In this document: positions 19,001-26,736 of the stretch, piece by piece
Numbering within the stretch: the stretch's first letter is position 1
Layout of the letters: the number at the start of each line of letters is the position of its first letter
Position numbers and translations under genes: made by a program
Notes under the pieces: generated by a model
Database searches by the model: none
The model's input: only the letters and a program-made list of their open reading frames with translations
What the model was told of the DNA's origin: nothing
Assembly (NCBI GenBank): GCA_035632975.1
Contig: DASQFV010000099.1
Location: 1-44,873, forward strand
Direction of reading: 5' to 3'
Length of the DNA stretch: 44,873 nt
DNA from: Nitrospiraceae bacterium
GTDB lineage: Bacteria; Nitrospirota; Nitrospiria; Nitrospirales; Nitrospiraceae

Positions 19001-19568
19001 TGCCGCCTCGAATACTAAACTCGCCCGGGATTTCCACCACTGAGACCCGCCGGTAACCGAGACGTAAGAGCCCTCCGGTGAGGGACTCCCGCTCGATCGT
19101 GCCAAGCAGCTTGAATTGCAGAGTAGTGCGGGTGAAGGTCGTAACAGGTAACAGCCGTTGCATCAGGGCCGCGATGGAGGTGACCAGGCAGGTCTGTGGC
19201 GCGGTGCGGATGTGACGCAGGGTATTCATGCGGCGCGCGATCAGACCGACATGGGGCGCGCTGCCCTCGTATGGCAAGGTTTCCCATCTCGGGAACAGGG
19301 CGAGGGGAGCCGTCGAAAGACCGATGAGATCATGGAAAAAGTGCAGATCATCAAAGAGGCGTTCAGCCGCCTCGTCCGACCTTGTAACGATCAGCCAGGA
19401 TCGATTTCCCAATGTGCCCGACTGAGGATGCAGGAGCGTGGTGAGGGCAAGCCCGGCGGTGGAACCGTACAAGCCGGTGATAGAGGGACGGCCTGTTTCG
19501 TCTGCCAGTGCCGCGACGACAGGAATGTACCACTGGGACACTGAATGGGTGTGGGTAGTATCGGACAC
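16095..19568 (-). CDS. mfd: Transcription-repair coupling factor
   Basis: 1157 aa. Motifs include GDVGYGKTEVAMRAAF (Walker A), VIDEEQWFG (DExx box) and LYQLRGRVGRS, plus a CarD-like region DYVVHVQHGIAKY. Confidence 0.95.
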   Translation of the reverse strand: MSDTTHTHSVSQWYIPVVAALADETGRPSITGLYGSTAGLALTTLLHPQSGTLGNRSWLIVTRSDEAAERLFDDLHFFHDLIGLSTAPLALFPRWETLPYEGSAPHVGLIARRMNTLRHIRTAPQTCLVTSIAALMQRLLPVTTFTRTTLQFKLLGTIERESLTGGLLRLGYRRVSVVEIPGEFSIRGGIVDIFSTAYADPLRVEFLGETVDSLRLFDPATQKSTAKLDRAVVLPAREYLRAETSPDALAPIPADAEWRAPDLYPNMETLFDYFTEQPVLVLDQPAALTGACVDLWSKIDDGYLRHADRETGAPYPSPERLFLSWPELMDRTNGWPMLALEPLTASDASWNPVQTFPAQIPASAGLGARGMPFSQTLAIMDRLREECRVVLVARSRGQVDRLLALLREHDVPATEWTVGAWTASSKTKAPFYVLRGDLSAGLLAPDLRLVVLTEEELFAKGARHKPQAKSKAATFLSSLEDLNVGDYVVHVQHGIAKYQGLKRLSVQDFDSDYLILEFAGGDTLYVPLERLNHVQRYSGAEGHAPRLERLGGTNWAKTTARVKQDIEEMAHELVDLYANRELVTRHAYGFDSTMYHEFEAAFEYEETADQLKAIEDITHDMESRKPMDRLVCGDVGYGKTEVAMRAAFKAVEDNRQVAVLVPTTLLAHQHYDNFSDRFAPFPARVSLLSRFQSPKEAKVILKDVAAGKIDVVIGTHRLLQKDVVFRNLGLVVIDEEQWFGVKHKERLKQLRTQVDVLTLTATPIPRTLQMAMASVRDLSIIETPPAGRLSIRTQVVRSSDTLIREAMLRELGRGGQVYFIHNRVETMEKTGAWLQQLVPHARIVMAHGQMNAKPLEAVMLKFFRREADVLIASAIIQSGIDVPHANTIFVNRADMFGLAQLYQLRGRVGRSGDQAYAYFLVPDEGQLSEDAQKRLTAIQQFTELGAGFRIAAADMEIRGAGNLLGKQQSGHIAAIGLDLYMQMVEQAVQRLKGQVVEEEPDPTLRLNVSAFIPDDYVADPHQRLSCYKRLSSCSQVGDLALLHGEIQDRYGLAPDSVERLFEVMQVRLQAKALRLSTIELKTHSVVVTLDAKSRVSSQAIHRMMDRYKKRVCFLSPLSFELQMPHQDWPSTFRELTATLQSLGGCDTNTTRSPQSSR

Positions 19569-19576
19569 TGCTTAGG

Positions 19577-20059
19577 CTAGGTTGTGGTTGAGCGAATGCG
19601 TTGGATCAGCGATGTGGTGGAGACGTCGGGGACCAAAGGAATGGTACGGACGACTCCGCCGCGCGCTTCGACGATCTCGCGGCCGACGATGCGTTCCACC
19701 GCCCAATCTCCGCCTTTGACGAGGACATCCGGCTGCAATGCGGCGATCAGGCCCTGGGGGTCCGGTTCATCGAACAGGATCACATAATCGACACAGCCGA
19801 GCGCAGCGACCACTTCCGCTCGCTGCGCTTCCGAGACGATCGGCCGATCCGGTGCCTTGTTCAAACTCCGGACGGACGCGTCGCTGTTGACGGCGACGAC
19901 AAGCAGGTCGCCCAGGTCTTTCGCGGCCCGGAGGTAGCGCGTATGGCCCACGTGCATGAGATCAAAACAGCCGTTCGTGAACACGATACGTTTCCCTTGG
20001 GTCCGCGCCGCTTGTAGAAGTAGGACGAGCTGGTCTCTGGTCACAACTTTCACGGACAT
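19577..20059 (-). CDS. rfaE2: D-glycero-beta-D-manno-heptose 1-phosphate adenylyltransferase (RfaE/HldE domain II only)
   Basis: Cytidylyltransferase motif FTNGCFDLMHVGHTRYL. The 160-aa size corresponds to a stand-alone domain II. Confidence 0.85.
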   Translation of the reverse strand: MSVKVVTRDQLVLLLQAARTQGKRIVFTNGCFDLMHVGHTRYLRAAKDLGDLLVVAVNSDASVRSLNKAPDRPIVSEAQRAEVVAALGCVDYVILFDEPDPQGLIAALQPDVLVKGGDWAVERIVGREIVEARGGVVRTIPLVPDVSTTSLIQRIRSTTT

Positions 20060-20105
20060 ATCTGCATCATACCGACTGTGCGCGCGGATGGAAAGAGACG
20101 GAACA

Positions 20106-21266
20106 CTACTCGGTCTCGTCGTGGCTCACGCCGCCTAACCCAATCACCGACGACCCGTGCTTGGCAATCAGCGCGTCCATCGCCTCGATGGCTTTCGTCC
20201 GCCGTTGGTCGAACAGCCCGGGCGGCGCGGGTGTCAAGGAGGAGAGCGCGAGCCCGGCCAAGCGGTACTCGGTGCCGAGCCGAATGACTTCCCGTAGTCC
20301 TTGTTGGACGGTCGGCCACATCTCGGGATCGTAGTTCAGCGGGTGCGGAAAGCGATGCTGCTTGGTTGTGATGGCGAAACGGGCGGTTTTCAGCTTCAAC
20401 GTGCAGGATCCGGCGGCCAAGCCTTCCTGTCGGAGCTCCCGCGCCAGGTCGCGGAGGAATCCGCGCAGGGTTCGCTCAAGAAACGGGCGATCATGTGTAT
20501 CGTGTTCGAATGTGATCTCGTGGCTGAGGCTTTTGGATTCGCGATCGGCCACCACCGGTTCGTGGTCGATCCCCCGCGCCAGTTCTCGAATCCAGTGGAG
20601 TCGCGTGCCGAAGATATGACGCAAGGGTTGATCCCAGCGTTGGTCCAACAGCTCGCCGATTGTCTTGAGTCCGAGCGGTTCCAGGCGCGCGGCGGTTTTG
20701 GGACCGATCCCCGGCAGTGCGCGCAGAGGCCGCAGCGCTAAGAATGCTTCTTCCGTACCCGGTGGGACCGTCACCAGTCCATCCGGCTTGTGACTATCCG
20801 CTGCAATTTTGGCGACGGTCTTGCCGGTCGCGACGGCGATGGTGCAGCGCAATCCCGTGGCCTCGGACAGCGTATCCTTCACGAGTTGTCCGAGTGAGCG
20901 AGGATCGGGATGGCGGGTCTGGATCTGTGTCGTGTCGGCATAAAACTCGTCGATGCTGCTCCATTCGGTGAGCGGGAATAACTGATCGGTCACGGCCCGC
21001 ATCGCATCATGCAGCTGTCGATACAGGGGCCGATCAGGAGGAAGCAGAATGAGGTTGGGACAGAGCTGGAGGGCTTTCGCTGTCGGCATCGCCGAGTGGA
21101 TGCCGAATGGCCGCACGGCGTAGCTGGCCGCGGCGATGATCCCACGTGGCGGTGGACCGCCGACCGCGACCGGTTTACCGGCGAGGCTCGGGTCCTTCAC
21201 CACGGCCGCTGAGGCGAACATGGCGTCGACGTCCCCGAAGAGGATCTGGCGCGACCAACGCATCAT
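20106..21266 (-). CDS. dinB: DNA polymerase IV (Y-family translesion polymerase)
   Basis: ILFGDVDAMFASAAV, SIDEFYAD, and the HhH region LPGIGPKTAARL. Confidence 0.9.
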   Translation of the reverse strand: MMRWSRQILFGDVDAMFASAAVVKDPSLAGKPVAVGGPPPRGIIAAASYAVRPFGIHSAMPTAKALQLCPNLILLPPDRPLYRQLHDAMRAVTDQLFPLTEWSSIDEFYADTTQIQTRHPDPRSLGQLVKDTLSEATGLRCTIAVATGKTVAKIAADSHKPDGLVTVPPGTEEAFLALRPLRALPGIGPKTAARLEPLGLKTIGELLDQRWDQPLRHIFGTRLHWIRELARGIDHEPVVADRESKSLSHEITFEHDTHDRPFLERTLRGFLRDLARELRQEGLAAGSCTLKLKTARFAITTKQHRFPHPLNYDPEMWPTVQQGLREVIRLGTEYRLAGLALSSLTPAPPGLFDQRRTKAIEAMDALIAKHGSSVIGLGGVSHDETE

Positions 21267-21282
21267 CGAACATCGTCACAGG

Positions 21283-22020
21283 TCAAAGGTCATTCGTCAA
21301 TTGCAGAGAAGATATGATGGTACTCGCCTCGGATAAAGAGGAGACTAGACCCTCGGATGGAGAAAAAGCCAGTTCCAGTTGTCCGTTCTGTCTGGTCGCT
21401 ACGGCACAGGAGGATTGTTCCTTGTTTTCCACGAATGCCGAATGCCGATTGACGTGTGACGGGTTCAGTTCCTGTAACAATCCCCGACAGATGCCGCAAT
21501 GGTGCCGACGCGGCTGAATCGTCCGTCGCTGGCGTCGGTACACTCGGCCGCATCGCCGACAGCGCCAGGCAAATCGCGCCAGGGCGAGAACTTCCTTCTT
21601 TAACGAATGGTAGATGGTGATCGCCAGGGTGCCGTCCCGATTCATCTCGGTCATCTTGCGGAGAAAATCCGCTCCATGATTCGGCCGCCGCTTCAGGATG
21701 TCGTATTGCCATTGATGAATCATTTCGTGCGCCAGCGTACTCACGATCTCCTGCTCGCCGTACTCGCTCCGCTGGACAACTTGATGGAATAGGGGAAGGG
21801 ACAGGCGAATCTCGCGTCTGGTTGGCGGGCGAAGACCATCCCGATCCAGTCGGGGCCGCGGCCCTCGACAACTCACGAACATGCCGACCGAAGAGGTCAG
21901 CCGGCGGCTCCAGACGAGATCGATCGGGGGTAGCAGGCCCGCGAAGTAGCGGCCATTCAGTTCGCTCCACATCTGGGTCAGATGCTGCGAGGTCACTGGA
22001 GGGGATTGGCGTCGAGACAT
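21283..22020 (-). CDS. SprT-like zinc metalloprotease domain protein with C-terminal Cys4 zinc ribbon
   Basis: LNGRYFAGLLP, HExxH as LAHEMIHQW, then CRRCGRVY...HHCGIC. It lies 16 nt upstream of dinB on the same strand. Confidence 0.75.
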   Translation of the reverse strand: MSRRQSPPVTSQHLTQMWSELNGRYFAGLLPPIDLVWSRRLTSSVGMFVSCRGPRPRLDRDGLRPPTRREIRLSLPLFHQVVQRSEYGEQEIVSTLAHEMIHQWQYDILKRRPNHGADFLRKMTEMNRDGTLAITIYHSLKKEVLALARFAWRCRRCGRVYRRQRRTIQPRRHHCGICRGLLQELNPSHVNRHSAFVENKEQSSCAVATRQNGQLELAFSPSEGLVSSLSEASTIISSLQLTNDL

Positions 22021-22030
22021 GCGAAAGGGG

Positions 22031-23023
22031 TTACCCCAATTCTTCGTGCACCGCCGCGGCCAGCAACGGCACCATGATTTCGTGGTGGCCGATCAGAGAG
22101 TAACCTTTACCACCCTTCTGGGTCGGCCGACGCACCACGTTTGTGAGCGGGCGGTAGTGAGCCAAGAAGTCCATGTCCACGGTCGTAATGTCGGTCAGAT
22201 CATGACCAAGATTGCGTCCCAGTGACACCGCTTTGAGGAAGACTTCCGGCAAAATGACGGCAGAGCCGAGATTGAGATACACGCCCCCCTCCATCCCTGA
22301 CACGACGGCAGCAAGCCGTCGGAAGTCCAGCAGCGAGGTCGCGCCAATGGCGGATCCGTCCGCGGCAGGATGCATATGGATGATGTCGGTACCGATGGCG
22401 ACGTGCACGGTCACCGGAATACCGAGCCGTGCTCCGGTCGCCAGGATGCTCGTTTCGCGATGGGGAAACTGCCCCTGACGTCGGTTGATGTAGTGACCGA
22501 CGGATTCGCCGAGCCCCTCGCGATCGTGGGCCCCGCGGGCGATCGCCTCGTTCAGCATGCGGCCGGTTTCTTCCGCCATCCCGAAGCGTCCCTCGTCAAT
22601 CTCCGCGTCGACTTCCTCAGACGTGTGCCCCATGAGCGCCAATTCGAAATCGTGAATGATCCCGGCGCCGTTCATGGCCACGGCCGACACGATTCCTTGC
22701 CGCATGAGATCCACGAGAATCGGACTCAATCCGACTTTGACGACGTGTGCGCCGATTCCCACGATAACCGGTCGGCCTTTGCGATGGGCCCTTGCAACGG
22801 CTTTGGCGACCGCGCGCAAAGTTTTCACGCCGAGGATATCCGGCAGGGAGCGATAGAATTGGCTGAAGCTGTCCCCACGGTGCCAGGGGCGAGCACAGTC
22901 TGAGACGCGGACCTTGCTGTACCGTTTTTTGAGCGGATAGGTCGTGAGATCCGTCACGTTGATCGGCGGGATCAGGCTCGGAGCCGTGACAGGGGGCCGC
23001 TGCCGGTCAGGAGGCTTTGCCAA
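22031..23023 (-). CDS. Deoxyhypusine synthase-like family protein (putative)
   Basis: Pattern VIVGIGAHVVKVGLSPILVDLMRQGIVSAVAMNGAGIIHDFE ... SILATGARLGIPVTVHVAIGTDIIH ... GVYLNLGSAVILPE resembles the DHS Rossmann core, recalled from memory. The TTG at 23023 is preceded by GAGGAA. The 23203 start would overlap gmhA by about 200 nt. Confidence 0.5.
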   Translation of the reverse strand: MAKPPDRQRPPVTAPSLIPPINVTDLTTYPLKKRYSKVRVSDCARPWHRGDSFSQFYRSLPDILGVKTLRAVAKAVARAHRKGRPVIVGIGAHVVKVGLSPILVDLMRQGIVSAVAMNGAGIIHDFELALMGHTSEEVDAEIDEGRFGMAEETGRMLNEAIARGAHDREGLGESVGHYINRRQGQFPHRETSILATGARLGIPVTVHVAIGTDIIHMHPAADGSAIGATSLLDFRRLAAVVSGMEGGVYLNLGSAVILPEVFLKAVSLGRNLGHDLTDITTVDMDFLAHYRPLTNVVRRPTQKGGKGYSLIGHHEIMVPLLAAAVHEELG

Positions 23024-23585
23024 GGAGCTGTTCCTCGATGAGTTCACACAGGACGTGGCCGAGCGTGATGTGACTTTCTTGAATGCGGGCCGTGACCGTT
23101 GAGGGCACGACGAACAGATATTCCACCAGACCAGCCAGTTTCCCGCCGGTCCCCCCGGTCCAGCCAATGGTAGTGAGGCCACAAGCCCGCGCGGCGTCCA
23201 CACCCTTCAACACGTTGGGTGAATTGCCGCTGGTGCTGATGGCAATGGCGATGTCGCCTTTTTGTCCATGGGCGCGAACTTGGCGGGCAAAGAGTTCGTC
23301 GAAGCCGTAGTCGTTGGCGATGGACGTGATGGCGGCAATGTCGGTGGCCAGGGCGATGGCCGGGAGCGGGGCACGCTCCCGTTTATACCGCCCGACGAAC
23401 TCGGCGGCGAGGTGGGCCGCATCTGTGGCACTGCCTCCATTGCCGAACAATAAGATTTTGTGTCCTTGGCGAAAGGCTGTGGCGATCAGCTTCACGACTT
23501 GCACGATGCGATCGGCATGCTCGTGCGCGAACTGTTGCTTGACGGTCGTGCTTTCGGAAAACGCGCTGAGTACACGCTCTTTCAT
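23007..23585 (-). CDS. gmhA: D-sedoheptulose 7-phosphate isomerase (SIS domain)
   Basis: ILLFGNGGSATDAAHLAAEF, AISTSGNSPNV and IGWTG. Confidence 0.9.
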   Translation of the reverse strand: MKERVLSAFSESTTVKQQFAHEHADRIVQVVKLIATAFRQGHKILLFGNGGSATDAAHLAAEFVGRYKRERAPLPAIALATDIAAITSIANDYGFDELFARQVRAHGQKGDIAIAISTSGNSPNVLKGVDAARACGLTTIGWTGGTGGKLAGLVEYLFVVPSTVTARIQESHITLGHVLCELIEEQLLGKAS

Positions 23586-23697
23586 GGGTAGCGATTCTAG
23601 GCAACCTGCTGTCACCTGTCAAACGTGATTCGCAGGAGTGAATTGATCGCTCAATGTGGCGATGACTCATAGGGCGGAAGAAAACACTTCAGTTCCT

Positions 23698-23735
23698 GAG
23701 AGCGAAGCGAGAACGAAGCCGGAAGGCTTTTACGC
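23698..23735 (-). repeat. Repeat family B, partial (one arm only)
   Basis: CTGAGAGCGAAGCGAGAACGAAGCCGGAAGGCTTTT matches the 5296-5335 arm of copy B1. It lies in the 5' extension of ORF 23656, which argues for the downstream start at 23761. Confidence 0.6.
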
Positions 23736-23760
23736 CGTCCTATGTTATAGTCCGCGCGTC

Positions 23761-25017
23761 ATGGCGCACGACCAACCAGTCAAAGCCTTAGTGATCGCGC
23801 TCACCGACCATGTGGCGACGGCGGTCTATTCGATTAATCGTCTGCAACCGGATTCGCTCTGCTTCGTGCTGCCTGAAGGGGCGAAATCGCTCGTAGAGTC
23901 CGAGGTCCAGCCGAAGATCGAGCACATGCCTAGACGGTGGGACTGGGTGGTGATGGCGAAGACCTGCGAATTTGTCGGCTGTTATCAGACGCTCGCTAGG
24001 ACACTCCCGGAGATGTTGCGTACATGGGATGTGCAGTCAGGCGAGCTCGTCGTCGATGTGACGGGGGCCACACCAGCCATGGCGGGTGCACTGACGTTGG
24101 TCACCATGCCGATGAGTTCGCGGATCGTGTCGCTCGTGCCGGCGCAAGAGGGACAGGAGGGGGACAGGATTGATATCGCCGGACAGCCGTTCGTATGGAC
24201 GCAGGGGAATCCGTGGGATGAGGCGGCATCTGTCTCACGTCGCGAGGGCTGTGAGCTGTTCAACCGGAGATTGTTTGCCGCAGCGGCGAAGCTGTTCCGC
24301 GAGGTCGAAGCACGGGTGAGCGGCGGGCAGAAACCGCTCTATCGTGCCTTCGGAGACCTGGCTGATGGCTACGATCTGTGGGAGCGATTTCACTATCGTC
24401 AAGCCTGGGAGAAACTCAGGATTGCCGTGAAGGCCTTCGAGATGGCGTCCCTGTGGGGCGGACTACCAGGACTCACGTCGCTGTTACCAGCTATCAAAGC
24501 GAATGCGGGATTCTTGGAAAAGCTCGTTCTCGATCCTGCTCCCGTGAAAGACATGCAAGCCCCCGATCTCCTAGCCCATGCCGGACGGCGACTGCATGGC
24601 TTGCACGATCCGGAAGCGGCCATGGTCTCGCTCGTTCGTGCCCTCGAAGCCTTTGCCCAACGACAACTGTTCAAGCAATTCACGATCAAGACCTGGGACG
24701 TGCAGCTGGAGCAATTGCCGCAGGCGCTACGAGAAACCTGTCGGTCCTGTTGGCTGGAAGATCTCGACGGCAAGTACAAATTGCCGTTGCAGGCGCAGTT
24801 TCGGGCACTGGCCGCATTGGGCGACCAGATGGGCCAAGCCTTTTTGCGCGAGTGGCCGACGATGAAGCCCCTGCTCGACGCCGCCAACCATGCTGTCCTC
24901 GGCCACGGTTTCGAGCCGGTCAAAGCCGAGCGGGTGCAGCAGCTGTACGAAGTTGTCATCAAGCTATCGGGCGTCAGTGAGACATCGTTGCCCAAGTTTC
25001 CAATGCTGAGCCTCTAA
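23761..25017 (+). CDS. Orphan CARF-domain protein with C-terminal HEPN-like helical domain (TIGR02710/Csx1-Csm6-like architecture)
   Basis: N-terminal Rossmann-like region ending in VDVTGATPAMAGAL (compare CARF D-x-T-G-G-T-K-x-M). C-terminal AGRRLHGLHDPEAAMVSLVRALEAFAQRQL and AANHAVLGHGFEPV (compare R-N-x-S-x-L-A-H-G). Confidence 0.6.
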   Translation: MAHDQPVKALVIALTDHVATAVYSINRLQPDSLCFVLPEGAKSLVESEVQPKIEHMPRRWDWVVMAKTCEFVGCYQTLARTLPEMLRTWDVQSGELVVDVTGATPAMAGALTLVTMPMSSRIVSLVPAQEGQEGDRIDIAGQPFVWTQGNPWDEAASVSRREGCELFNRRLFAAAAKLFREVEARVSGGQKPLYRAFGDLADGYDLWERFHYRQAWEKLRIAVKAFEMASLWGGLPGLTSLLPAIKANAGFLEKLVLDPAPVKDMQAPDLLAHAGRRLHGLHDPEAAMVSLVRALEAFAQRQLFKQFTIKTWDVQLEQLPQALRETCRSCWLEDLDGKYKLPLQAQFRALAALGDQMGQAFLREWPTMKPLLDAANHAVLGHGFEPVKAERVQQLYEVVIKLSGVSETSLPKFPMLSL

Positions 25018-25089
25018 CCCGGCGTGCTCGGGGAAATCTTGAGGACACTGAACATGGTTCAGAATGTCGTCCAAGGCGGTCAAGCGAGA

Positions 25090-25491
25090 TCACTTTTTGC
25101 CGCACGCAATTTTCCATACAGATTGACCCATACTGCCTGGCATGACTAGTACCCACTTACCTACTTGTGAGTTGGTATAAACTACCGTTCCACTTCCCAT
25201 ATTGCCCGAGAATTCCTTGAGCGCAAGCACCCGGCTGCGCTCCTCTGCGCAGTCGAATTCCCATTGTTCCTTGGCAGTCAAAAACCTGATACCCCCCACG
25301 GTCTGTACAGTCTTGTAGTCGTAGAATTGCCACATCTTCACCAGATTACTGTTGCGGCGTATGGTGGCTGGATCCACGTATACAGTCTTTCCTGCTTCGT
25401 CGCTCTCACCAACTTTTATCCACTCCGCATACGCCGGACTACTACTCAACACCAGGAGAGTTATCGCGATCAGTCGTTTCATGTGCCTCAC
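25090..25491 (-). CDS. Secreted Adhesin_E-like (surface-adhesin protein E family) small protein
   Basis: Signal peptide MKRLIAITLLVLSSSPAYA, W..V, YVDPATIRR, KMWQFYDY, FDCAEERSR, and the C-terminal Cys in WKIACGKK. Confidence 0.65.
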   Translation of the reverse strand: MRHMKRLIAITLLVLSSSPAYAEWIKVGESDEAGKTVYVDPATIRRNSNLVKMWQFYDYKTVQTVGGIRFLTAKEQWEFDCAEERSRVLALKEFSGNMGSGTVVYTNSQVGKWVLVMPGSMGQSVWKIACGKK

Positions 25492-25517
25492 AGTGACCAG
25501 TTAGGTTGACCGCGCGA

Positions 25518-25909
25518 TCACTTGTTGCCGCAGGCGACTTTCCACAGAGTTTGGTCAAGACTACCTGGTGAAACTGGTAGTCTTGCGTTTGCCTGAAGCG
25601 CGATCAAGCAAATTGCCACTTCCTAATATTGCCCGAAAAATACAGAACCGCAAACCCCCTAATGCGCTGTTCGGCACAGTCATATTCCATTTGCGCCTTT
25701 GCCGACAAATATGAGACGCCCTCCTTGGTTTGTGTTGTCTTGAAGTCGAACAGTACCTCCATCTTCACCAGATCCTCTTCGCGGCGCATGCTGGCTGGAG
25801 CCGCGTATGCGCCCATTCCTGCTTCGACTTTGCCACCAACCGCTACCCAATCGGCATACGCAGGACTGCTACTCAGGAAGAGAGGGATGATTAGGAGCAG
25901 TCGTTTCAT
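25518..25909 (-). pseudogene. Frameshifted paralogue of the Adhesin_E-like gene
   Basis: The annotated ORF stops after ...FSGNIRKWQFA. The missing C-terminus appears in two other frames downstream: GSGNLLDRASGKRKTT, then PGSLDQTLWKVACGNK-stop ending at 25518. Confidence 0.6.
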
Positions 25910-26331
25910 TAGGTCGTCTCTGTAATAGATCGTGACTACTGCGGGTGGAATTGCGACAGTGTGCTCCCGTTTGAGGGGGCGGTCAAATGAAACTCGGAGC
26001 GGTTTCGCGGCACCTTGTGAGTGGCATGGTCTGATCGCTACGGATGATTGCGAAGAATATCGGCGTGTCTACCCCGAGTGTGGCGCGGTCGTTACCGTAA
26101 GGGGACGGTCAAATGAAACGTGCGAGGCAAGTTGAACGCTGTGGAAGTTTGGCAGAGTGAGATGAAGGAAAGTTGTGTTTGCGGAGGGGGCGACGATCAC
26201 TACTGCACAGTTGTTTTCCAAACAACGGTGTATTACCGTTGAACTGTCTCAGATAGGAAGATGAAAATGGCATGAACAGTTGTAGTTAGTTATAAGCCGA
26301 CAATTGCAACATTCAAGGCATTGACAATACA

Positions 26332-26712
26332 ATGGAAATCAGAATCTATTATGAAGATACCGATTGCGGAGGGGTGGTGTACTACGGCAATTATCTGAAA
26401 TATTTCGAGCGGGCGCGGACGCAGTATTTCGAAGAGCGAGGGTTATCGGTGGCCGGACTCATGAAAGAAGGCACGGTGTTTGTCGTGGTACACGCAGAAG
26501 TGGATTACCGATCTCCAGCCCGCTATGGCGACCGGCTGATCATCGAGACGGTCGTCTCCGACATGACGGCAGCCTCCTTCACGTTTTCGCACGTGGTCCG
26601 AGAACGGGAGAGCCGGCGTGTGGTCGTTGAAGGATCGGCCAGGTTGGCGGCAACGGATGGAAATGGGAAAGTGAAGCGACTCGACAAGGCGATGAGTGCC
26701 GTATTAAAATAA
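26332..26712 (+). CDS. ybgC: YbgC/4HBT-family acyl-CoA thioesterase
   Basis: IRIYYEDTDCGGVVYYGNYLKYFERAR hotdog-fold signature. Confidence 0.85.
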   Translation: MEIRIYYEDTDCGGVVYYGNYLKYFERARTQYFEERGLSVAGLMKEGTVFVVVHAEVDYRSPARYGDRLIIETVVSDMTAASFTFSHVVRERESRRVVVEGSARLAATDGNGKVKRLDKAMSAVLK

Positions 26713-26736
26713 TCGTCGTCAATAAGGAGTCATGAA

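Noticed and set aside
25966-26120. Possible degenerate CRISPR array near the CARF gene
   Set aside because: There are only two good repeat units of about 21-27 nt, with a 126-bp period. That period is far outside normal spacer lengths, there is no third regular unit and there are no cas genes. The repeats are kept only as a low-interest direct-repeat observation.
25932-26135. 67-aa plus-strand ORF with internal RGRSNET duplication
   Set aside because: The peptide repeat simply mirrors the DNA direct repeat. There is no ribosome-binding site, and the region looks intergenic.
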